Origin: Comamonadaceae bacterium
GTDB taxonomy: Bacteria > Pseudomonadota > Gammaproteobacteria > Burkholderiales > Burkholderiaceae_C
DNA length: 64,000 nucleotides
Reading direction: 5' to 3'
Assembly (NCBI GenBank): GCA_947381325.1
Contig: CANCUP010000001.1
Span: 88 to 64,087, forward strand
Positions 57,313-64,000 of the stretch are shown here, piece by piece (positions within the stretch are counted from its first letter, which is position 1; each line of letters starts with the position of its first letter). The notes under the pieces were generated by a model, which saw only the letters and a list, made by a program, of their open reading frames with translations, had not been told where the DNA came from and made no database searches. The translations under genes were made by a program, and so were the position numbers.

Positions 57313-58404
57313 ATGACCATCCGATCTGTTCAAGCCATTCCAGTCAGTGTTCCGTTTGAGATGTGGGGCCCCAAACCCCTGCTGGGCGGCAAGCCACGCG
57401 GCATGGAAATGCTGCTGATTCGGGTCGAGAACGACCAAGGCCTGGTGGGCTGGGGCGAGGCCTTTGGCTTTGTGGTGTGGCCGGCGACAAAAACCGCCAT
57501 CGAGCAATTGGTTGAACCCTTGGTGCTGGGCCGGGATGAGCGCGACATCGCCGGCATCCATGCCGACCTCAGCAAAAAGTTTCACTTGCTGGGCCGCACC
57601 GGGCCTGTGATGTATGCGCTCTCAGGCTTGGACATTGCGCTGTGGGACTTGGCGGGCAAGATGCAAGACCGCAGCGTGGCCGAGATGCTGGGCTGCGTTC
57701 AGCGCACCCGCATCAAAGCTTATGCCAGCTTGATTCGCTACACCGACCCTGACCTGGTGGCCCTGAATGCACAGCGTGCGGTGGCTCAAGGATTTGATGC
57801 CATCAAGTTGCATGAAATCACCCTGGCACCGATTGAGCGCGCACGACAAGCCATTGGCCCGCATGTGCGCTTGATGGTGGACTGCAATTGCCCATGGTCT
57901 TTGGACGAAACCTTGCTGATGTGCCAGCAACTCCAACCCTTGGATTTGCATTGGCTGGAAGAACCGATTTGGCCCCCCGAAGACCATGAGGCCTTGGCGC
58001 AGGTGCGCCGTGTGGGCGGCATCCCCACCGCGGCGGGTGAAAACGCCACCAGTTACCTCGACTTCAAACACATGTTTCAAGCCGGTGCGCTCGATGTCGC
58101 TCAGCCCAGCGTGACCAAGATTGGGGGCTTCACCGAGATGGTTCGGATTGAACAACTGTGCCAAACCCACAAGGTGGGCTTTGCGCCCCACTCCCCTTAT
58201 GTGGGCCCAGGCTTGCTCGCCACCCTGCACATCTTGGCAGCCTCACACACCGAGGCTGAACTTGAATATTGTTTTTGTGAGATGGACGACAACCCCATGG
58301 GCGCCAGCGTGAAAGCAGATGGCGCCTACCTCACATTGCCCAGCGGCCCGGGCCTGGGCTGCGACCCAGACCCGCAACTCGTTCACACCTACACCGTGAG
58401 GTAA
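57313..58404 (+). CDS. Mandelate racemase/MLE family (KxH type), paralogue of 56099-57190
   Basis: Motifs GWGE, IKLHE, VDCN, LEEP, AGEN, QPS, PHSPY. Confidence 0.9.
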   Translation: MTIRSVQAIPVSVPFEMWGPKPLLGGKPRGMEMLLIRVENDQGLVGWGEAFGFVVWPATKTAIEQLVEPLVLGRDERDIAGIHADLSKKFHLLGRTGPVMYALSGLDIALWDLAGKMQDRSVAEMLGCVQRTRIKAYASLIRYTDPDLVALNAQRAVAQGFDAIKLHEITLAPIERARQAIGPHVRLMVDCNCPWSLDETLLMCQQLQPLDLHWLEEPIWPPEDHEALAQVRRVGGIPTAAGENATSYLDFKHMFQAGALDVAQPSVTKIGGFTEMVRIEQLCQTHKVGFAPHSPYVGPGLLATLHILAASHTEAELEYCFCEMDDNPMGASVKADGAYLTLPSGPGLGCDPDPQLVHTYTVR

Positions 58405-58410
58405 CACACC

Positions 58411-59388
58411 ATGCCACCGACAACCACCCCCTGGTCTTCGACGTTCAAACGTTCACTCAGCGTCTTGATGTTGGCACAGTGCTGCTGGGTGAGCGCACAA
58501 ACCGATGTGGTTCGGTTGGTGATCGCGTTTCCGCCTGGCGGCTCATCGGACATCTTGGCCCGCGCAGTGGCCGATCAACTGGGCAAAGACACCCAACAAA
58601 GAGTGGTGGTGGAAAACCGCCCCGGTGGCAACGGCGCAGTGGCTGCGCAGTTTGTGCTCAACGCCCCGCCCGATGGCAAAACCTTGTGGCTCACCACCTC
58701 GGGCGCGGTGTCGATCAACCCGGTGCTCTACCCCAAGCTGAGTTATTCGGTGGCCAACTTTGCACCGGTGACCTTGGTGGCCAACACACCTGAGCTGTTG
58801 GTGGTCAACAGCAAAAACCCAGCGGCTGACGCCAAGCAATTTGTGCAAAACGCCGCCGCGCAAAAAACAGGCAACAACATCGTGTCCTCCGGCATTGGCA
58901 GCTTGCCGCACATGGCGATTGCTTTGTTTTCTGACGCCACCAAAGTGCCCTTCACCCACATCCCCAGCAAAGGGGCTGCACCGGCCATCACCGATGTGAT
59001 GGGCGGCCATGTGGATGGTTTTTTTGGCGACATCTCGGGTGTCATCTCGCACATCAAAGCTGGCAACCTCAAAGCCTTGGGCATTGGCGCCACGAAACGT
59101 CACCCCTTGCTGCCCGAGGTCAAGACCTTCGAAGAGATGGGTTACAAAGGTGTGGAACTCAACAACTGGAGCGCCGTGTTTGTGTCCAAGGCGGTGCCCG
59201 CCCCTGTGGTGAGCGAGCTCAACCGCGCATTGCGCAAAGTGGTGGAGTCACCCAGCATGCGCACCAAACTAGAGCCAAGTGGCATTGAGCTTCAAGCCTC
59301 CAGCCCAGAGGAGCTCGCCACATTGGTGCAAACCGATTTGATGCGCTGGAAGCAGATCGTCGTCAGCTACGACATCAAGCCGGAATGA
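58411..59388 (+). CDS. Bug/TctC receptor
   Basis: Motifs FPPGGSSD, VENRPGGNG. Confidence 0.92.
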   Translation: MPPTTTPWSSTFKRSLSVLMLAQCCWVSAQTDVVRLVIAFPPGGSSDILARAVADQLGKDTQQRVVVENRPGGNGAVAAQFVLNAPPDGKTLWLTTSGAVSINPVLYPKLSYSVANFAPVTLVANTPELLVVNSKNPAADAKQFVQNAAAQKTGNNIVSSGIGSLPHMAIALFSDATKVPFTHIPSKGAAPAITDVMGGHVDGFFGDISGVISHIKAGNLKALGIGATKRHPLLPEVKTFEEMGYKGVELNNWSAVFVSKAVPAPVVSELNRALRKVVESPSMRTKLEPSGIELQASSPEELATLVQTDLMRWKQIVVSYDIKPE

Positions 59389-59421
59389 ATGCAAATGCTC
59401 TGATTCAAACTCTGAAACAAC

Positions 59422-59438
59422 TTGGCATTGTTCTTGCA
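59422..59438 (+). promoter_or_regulatory. Candidate sigma-54 (-24/-12) promoter
   Basis: TTGGCATTGTTCTTGCA has exact GG-N10-GC spacing, lies in an AT-rich spacer and faces the Bug gene at 59543. Confidence 0.6.
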
Positions 59439-59542
59439 TTTTTCTCAAGCACGAACAAGAACCCACAGCCAAAAACAGCAAGGCCACAACAATCATGTGC
59501 CAGCTGCTTTTCTTGGCGCCAACCCACCAGAGAAAAAACTGT

Positions 59543-60562
59543 ATGACCCCAACGCTGAGAAAAATTTCTTTCCTCCAACGTCCATCGCTGAGGCGGTGGG
59601 CTTTGATGCTGGTTTTAGGTTCTGCTTTGGTGGCGACAGCACAAACCAGCGACTACCCCCAACGACCCATCACCTTGATCACGCCTTTTCCAGCTGCCGG
59701 GTCTACCGATTTGATCGCCAGGACGATCGCGCAAAAACTGGGCGACATACTCGGCAAACCCGTGGTTGTAGAAAACCATGCCGGTGCCGGAGGCAACATT
59801 GGCTCCAACATCGTGGCCAAGGCCAACCCGGATGGCTACACCCTCTTGATCACATCCTCGAGCACCCATTCCATCGGTGCGGTGCTGAACAAAAGCGTGC
59901 CCTTCAACTACGACACAGACTTCACGCCGATCATCTATGGCGCAGTGGCTCCGAATATTTTTTTGGTGACCAAGACCATCCCTGGTGCCACCTTGAAAGA
60001 CTTTATGTCGTTTGCCAAGGCCAACCCAACGGTGTTGAATTTCTCTTCCGCGGGCAACGGCACCATCATGCATTTGACTGGCGAGGCCTTCAAGGTCGAG
60101 GCTGGGGTGCAAATGGTGCATGTGCCCTACAAAGGCTCGGGTCTGTCGATTCCTGATTTGATCTCTGGAAAGATCCACGTTCTTTTTGACAGCATTGTTT
60201 CTGGCGTTTCCCACGTCCAAGACGGCAAGCTGACGGCGCTGGCGGTCTTAGGGAAAAACCGTTCACCGCTCTTGCCCAACACCCCAACCCTGCGCGAAAT
60301 TGGCGGCCCTTATGGATTGAAAGACTTCGAATCGGTCAATTGGTGGGGGTTTTATGGCCCCAAGAATTTGCCCAAACATATTCAGATGAAATTGAACCAA
60401 GCCTTGAACCAAACCCTCAAGAGCAAAGACGTCGTCGATAAATTGGCCACCCTAGGCGCAGAGCCCGGTGGTGGCAGCCCCGAAGCTTTTCAAGAGATGG
60501 TGTTGAAAGATCGGGCGCAATGGAGCCGATTGATTCAAAGTCAAAAAATCACGCTGGATTGA
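59543..60562 (+). CDS. Bug/TctC receptor
   Basis: Motifs PFPAAGSTD, VENHAGAGG, HVPYKG. Start uncertain. Confidence 0.9.
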   Translation: MTPTLRKISFLQRPSLRRWALMLVLGSALVATAQTSDYPQRPITLITPFPAAGSTDLIARTIAQKLGDILGKPVVVENHAGAGGNIGSNIVAKANPDGYTLLITSSSTHSIGAVLNKSVPFNYDTDFTPIIYGAVAPNIFLVTKTIPGATLKDFMSFAKANPTVLNFSSAGNGTIMHLTGEAFKVEAGVQMVHVPYKGSGLSIPDLISGKIHVLFDSIVSGVSHVQDGKLTALAVLGKNRSPLLPNTPTLREIGGPYGLKDFESVNWWGFYGPKNLPKHIQMKLNQALNQTLKSKDVVDKLATLGAEPGGGSPEAFQEMVLKDRAQWSRLIQSQKITLD

Positions 60563-60586
60563 GTTTGAACGACAGCCACCCGCCCT

Positions 60587-61246
60587 ATGCGCCCATTCAA
60601 ATTTCTCATTCTTCTTCTCATGGGTCTTTTGTTCACTGGACGCGCCATGGCAATTGAAGAACCCAAATACGAGGTGCTGCTGGCTGAAAGCTCTTTTGAA
60701 ATACGCCATTACGCGCCCATCTTGATTGCAGAAGTGACGACAGAAGGCGACATGGATGAAGCCTCCAGCAAGGGGTTCAGGCTGATCGCTGATTTCATTT
60801 TTGGCAACAACCAAGTGGCAGATTCATCGAGCAGCGAAAAAATTGCCATGACGGCCCCAGTCACCGTTGAACCCCAATCCAGCAAGATCGCAATGACAGC
60901 CCCCGTCACTGTAGAGCCGCAAAGTGATCAACCCAACATGCAATTGGCCAAACTATGGCGCGTTCAGTTTGTGATGCCCAGTCGCTACACACTTGCGTCC
61001 ATTCCTCGACCTAAAAACAGTCTTGTGAGCCTGCGAGAGATCCCAAGCAAGCACTACGCGGTATTGCAATATTCAGGCTTCAATTCGCTGGCGAGAGTTC
61101 AATCCAAAACTCAAGAGCTGACTGAATGGGCACTCAAGAGAAACCTGAAATTGCTTGGCACGCCTCAACTGTCGCGCTATGACCCACCTTGGACTTTGCC
61201 AATGTTCAGAAGGAATGAAATCAAGGTCGAGATCTCGGCGCCTTGA
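60587..61246 (+). CDS. SOUL heme-binding family protein, secreted
   Basis: Signal peptide; motifs IEEPKY, FEIRHY, GFRLIADFIFGNN, KIAMTAPV, YDPPWT..FRRNE. Confidence 0.9.
   Translation: MRPFKFLILLLMGLLFTGRAMAIEEPKYEVLLAESSFEIRHYAPILIAEVTTEGDMDEASSKGFRLIADFIFGNNQVADSSSSEKIAMTAPVTVEPQSSKIAMTAPVTVEPQSDQPNMQLAKLWRVQFVMPSRYTLASIPRPKNSLVSLREIPSKHYAVLQYSGFNSLARVQSKTQELTEWALKRNLKLLGTPQLSRYDPPWTLPMFRRNEIKVEISAP
60839..60925 (+). repeat. Intragenic tandem duplication with a 45-nt period (KIAMTAPVTVEPQS x2)
   Basis: Two identical 14-aa copies; 10 of the 14 codons differ synonymously. Confidence 0.9.
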
Positions 61247-61439
61247 TCACTTGGCGGTCCATGCGTCCAAGCAGCAAAGGCTCAAATACTGGCAGAGCGC
61301 AGTGAAAGATGCCCGCTTGCAAAAGCAGCCATGTTAGGCCGCTGGGTTTCAATGCATCACAACGGAACCTGGCACCGAGTTGTTGCTGGATGCGATCACC
61401 AACTGCAGCCGTGAGGCAAGGTGGTGATGGAATCTTCGG

Positions 61440-62444
61440 TCAGTCATTGAGCTTGATGCCTGATTTGACAATCAAATCGCCCCATTTGGCAGACTCCTGC
61501 TTGAGCAGAAGGTTAAATTCACGAGGGTTAGAGCCCGCGATTTCAAATCCCTGCTGTTCAACGGCGGCTTTGACTGATTGCTCTTGCAACACCAAGTTCA
61601 CTGCCTTTTGAATTTCTTCGACCACGGCAGGTGGCGTAGCGGCTGGGGTCACGATGCCTGTCCAGCCCTCGACCAAAACATTCGGCAAATTCAACTCGAT
61701 CATGGTGGGCACTTCAGGAAAAACAGCCGATCTCTTTCGCGAAGCGACTGCCAACAAATGAAGACGTCCCGCTTTGACGTAATTGATCGCCGATGGAATA
61801 GGGGCAAACATCAAATCTGTCTGCCCACCCATGACATCCATCAACCCGGGTGTGTCGCCCTTGTTGGGAATGTGGGTCATTTTGATGCCCGCCTGCGCAG
61901 AAAAAAGCTCACCCGCCAAGTGCCCCAGATTGCCAACACCCGCCGAGCTGTAATTCAATCCACTTGGCTGCAGCTTGGCATAGGCCAAGAGTTCAGCGAC
62001 CGACTTGACTGGAAGTTTGGGGTTGATGAAAAGCCCAAAAATGATCGAGGTGGTCTGCGTCACGGCCGTCAGATCTTCCAACGGCTTGAATGGCATGTTT
62101 TTGTAAAAAAATGGATTCACGGTCATCACACTGGGGACCGCCAACCCCAAGGTATAGCCATCTGCAGTTGATTTGGCGACGTAATCCATTCCCAGATTGC
62201 CATTGGCCCCAGGTTTGTTTTCAACGATGACCGAGTTTTTCCAACGCTCCGCGAGTTTTGTGGCGACGTTGCGAGCGAGAGCGTCTGCAGAGGATCCGGG
62301 GGCTTGTGCCACAACGATCTTGACCGTGCGACTTGGATACGCTTGTGATGGCGCTTGAGCCCAGCCAGGGGTGAACACTGACGCCAGAAAAAAAGCTGTT
62401 GCCATGTTCAGAGCGCACCAAACGCCAATTGTGGGTCGGTTCAT
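61440..62444 (-). CDS. Bug/TctC receptor
   Basis: Motifs QAPGSSAD, VENKPGANG, ADGYT. Start uncertain (62444 or 62405). Confidence 0.88.
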   Translation of the reverse strand: MNRPTIGVWCALNMATAFFLASVFTPGWAQAPSQAYPSRTVKIVVAQAPGSSADALARNVATKLAERWKNSVIVENKPGANGNLGMDYVAKSTADGYTLGLAVPSVMTVNPFFYKNMPFKPLEDLTAVTQTTSIIFGLFINPKLPVKSVAELLAYAKLQPSGLNYSSAGVGNLGHLAGELFSAQAGIKMTHIPNKGDTPGLMDVMGGQTDLMFAPIPSAINYVKAGRLHLLAVASRKRSAVFPEVPTMIELNLPNVLVEGWTGIVTPAATPPAVVEEIQKAVNLVLQEQSVKAAVEQQGFEIAGSNPREFNLLLKQESAKWGDLIVKSGIKLND

Positions 62445-62490
62445 ATGAAACCTCAGGTTGTGGATGGCCATGACTTTCGCTTTCATAAGA

Positions 62491-63468
62491 TCAATGCCGT
62501 TGAATGACGACATTCGGATTCACCAACCTCAGCTCTCCGCCTTCAGCAAACAAACGAACTTGCTCAAAGGCCTCGCCAAAGTACAGCTCAAACGTCTCAC
62601 GGTCCGCCCAACCCAAGTGGGGCAAACACAAGGCATTGTCAAGTTTCAAGAGCGGATGCTCGCCATTCATGACGGGCTCATGCTCGTAGACGTCAACGGC
62701 GGCAAAGCCTGGACGACCTTGGGCCAGCGCATGCTCAAGCGCACCCGATTCAATGAGCTCGGCACGCGCTGTGTTGACCAAGAGTGCAGATGGTTTCATG
62801 CACGCCAAATCAGCAGGGGTCACAGCGCCAGCTGTTTGAGGGCTGTAGCGCAGATGCAAGGACAGCACATCGGAACGGCGAAACAAGTCTTCTTGGCTTT
62901 GAGCAATTTCGTAACCTGCGGCAGCACCGCGCTCTCGCGAGCCCTCGCGCCCCCAGACAAGTACTCGCATGCCAAGACCAGAAGCGGCACGCGCTACACG
63001 TTCAGCGATGACGCCGAACCCAAAAATCCCCAAGACAGAACCGTCAAGACGGTATGAAAAAGTAGATGGCCATAACCCTGCTTTCATCCGATTGGCTTCG
63101 GTCACTACATTGCGACGCGAGGACAAGATCAACGCCATCGTCAACTCAGCAGGTGCAATCGGCGACGCAAAGACACCATTTGTCACAGCAATGCCTTTGC
63201 GTGTGCAAGCGTCATAGTCAATCGACTTGCTGTGACGCCCCACCAATGCAATGTGTTTCAAACGAGGCAGCGACTCCAGCAGCTCAGCGTCGACGGCCAC
63301 ACGCTCACGCACCACCACCAAAATATCAGCTTGGGTCCAACGTTCCAGCAGCTCTTGCCGATCGGCGGCGGCCGTCTCGTAAATGGTGACGGTGTGCCCC
63401 CTCAATTTAGAAAAACAAGCCAGTTGTCGCACACAACATTGGTAATCATCAGCCACAACGATATTCAT
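62491..63468 (-). CDS. D-2-hydroxyacid dehydrogenase (phosphoglycerate dehydrogenase-like)
   Basis: Motifs VADDYQ, VRER, GFGVIA, VNTAR, DVYEHEP, LPHLG. Confidence 0.9.
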   Translation of the reverse strand: MNIVVADDYQCCVRQLACFSKLRGHTVTIYETAAADRQELLERWTQADILVVVRERVAVDAELLESLPRLKHIALVGRHSKSIDYDACTRKGIAVTNGVFASPIAPAELTMALILSSRRNVVTEANRMKAGLWPSTFSYRLDGSVLGIFGFGVIAERVARAASGLGMRVLVWGREGSRERGAAAGYEIAQSQEDLFRRSDVLSLHLRYSPQTAGAVTPADLACMKPSALLVNTARAELIESGALEHALAQGRPGFAAVDVYEHEPVMNGEHPLLKLDNALCLPHLGWADRETFELYFGEAFEQVRLFAEGGELRLVNPNVVIQRH

Positions 63469-63548
63469 AGCGTTTTATCTTCGGTTGACGTTGTACATAG
63501 AAAAGAAAATCGTGGTTGAGTGCCGTATGAATTGACAAATCCACTCGG

Positions 63549-64000
63549 TCAGGAAGCATGGATCACACAAAGAGGCGCATGACCTTCAGCAACTCGTTCG
63601 AAGTTTTGACGCGCAAAGCTGCCGCGTCGAATCCAGGTGTCAGAGGTTGTTCCTGCGCTGTGGGGAGACGCCACCACATGCTGCATTGAAAGGAGTGGGT
63701 TGCTTGCATCGACCGGTTCTTTTTCAAAGACATCAAGCCCGGCACCAGCAATTTGCTTGTTCATCAATGCTTGGATCAAAGCAGCTTCATCGATCACAGC
63801 GCCACGGCTTGTGTTGATGAGGATGGCCGTTGACTTCATCAAATTCAACCTTGTCGCATTCACCAAGTGATGCGTCTGCTGGGTGAGTGGCACATGCAGG
63901 CTGATGACGTCGCATGTCTTGAACAACGCATCGAGCTCAAGATAGCGCACATCCAGTTGAGTTTCTAACGCATGCGACAGCGGCGTTCTGTTGAAATAGA
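63549..64000 (-). CDS. D-2-hydroxyacid dehydrogenase, C-terminal part; N-terminus outside the window
   Basis: Motifs SLHVPLT, INTSRG, AGLDVFEKEP, SPHSAG. The frame stays open to the window end (YFNRTPLSHALETQLDVRY...). Confidence 0.88.
   Translation of the reverse strand, partial: YFNRTPLSHALETQLDVRYLELDALFKTCDVISLHVPLTQQTHHLVNATRLNLMKSTAILINTSRGAVIDEAALIQALMNKQIAGAGLDVFEKEPVDASNPLLSMQHVVASPHSAGTTSDTWIRRGSFARQNFERVAEGHAPLCVIHAS

Noticed and set aside
61247-61439. About 190-bp spacer between the convergent SOUL and Bug genes, possible gene remnant or sRNA
   Set aside because: No recognisable motif, repeat or strong hairpin in the frames I read; cannot be supported without a search.
1-64000. 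CRISPR arrays, tRNA/rRNA, IS elements, integrases, defence systems
   Set aside because: No regularly spaced repeats, RNA-gene signatures or mobility and nuclease motifs seen. Nearly all sequence is accounted for by metabolic CDSs.

Overview
A 64-kb stretch of a high-GC betaproteobacterial chromosome. It looks Comamonadaceae-like, possibly Limnohabitans-like; this is an inference from the gene families and the many orphan Bug receptors. It is packed with about 58 catabolic and transport genes. I saw no rRNA, tRNA, CRISPR, integrase or transposase. There are four modules. (1) 1-9365: LysR-associated ThDP enzyme, aldehyde dehydrogenase, cupin and a Liv-type ABC importer with a permease-ATPase-ATPase triple fusion. 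(2) 9449-36555: a large indole-3-acetate (auxin) degradation locus of the Variovorax iad type: IadR-like MarR, IorAB, Rieske alpha/beta, CoA ligase, Cys-less thiolase-fold protein, DUF35-SDR fusion, isatin-hydrolase-like cyclase, SDR and two binding proteins. It is extended by a second Rieske pair, two more CoA ligases, an opine-dehydrogenase-family protein and beta-oxidation enzymes. The Rieske reductase gene (iadC) appears to be deleted, leaving only a decayed 24-codon scar at 13813-13887. (3) 36546-50159: IclR, COG0523 metallochaperone, cyclic amidohydrolase, isochorismatase-family amidase, ABC importer and an MmgE/PrpD-flavoprotein-MmgE/PrpD triad of unknown substrate. (4) 50156-64000: organic-acid scavenging genes (five Bug receptors, three enolase-superfamily enzymes, three D-2-hydroxyacid dehydrogenases, class II aldolase, SOUL protein), becoming visibly more AT-rich after about 59.4 kb. 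iad gene names are assigned by recalled synteny and motif similarity, not by database search.
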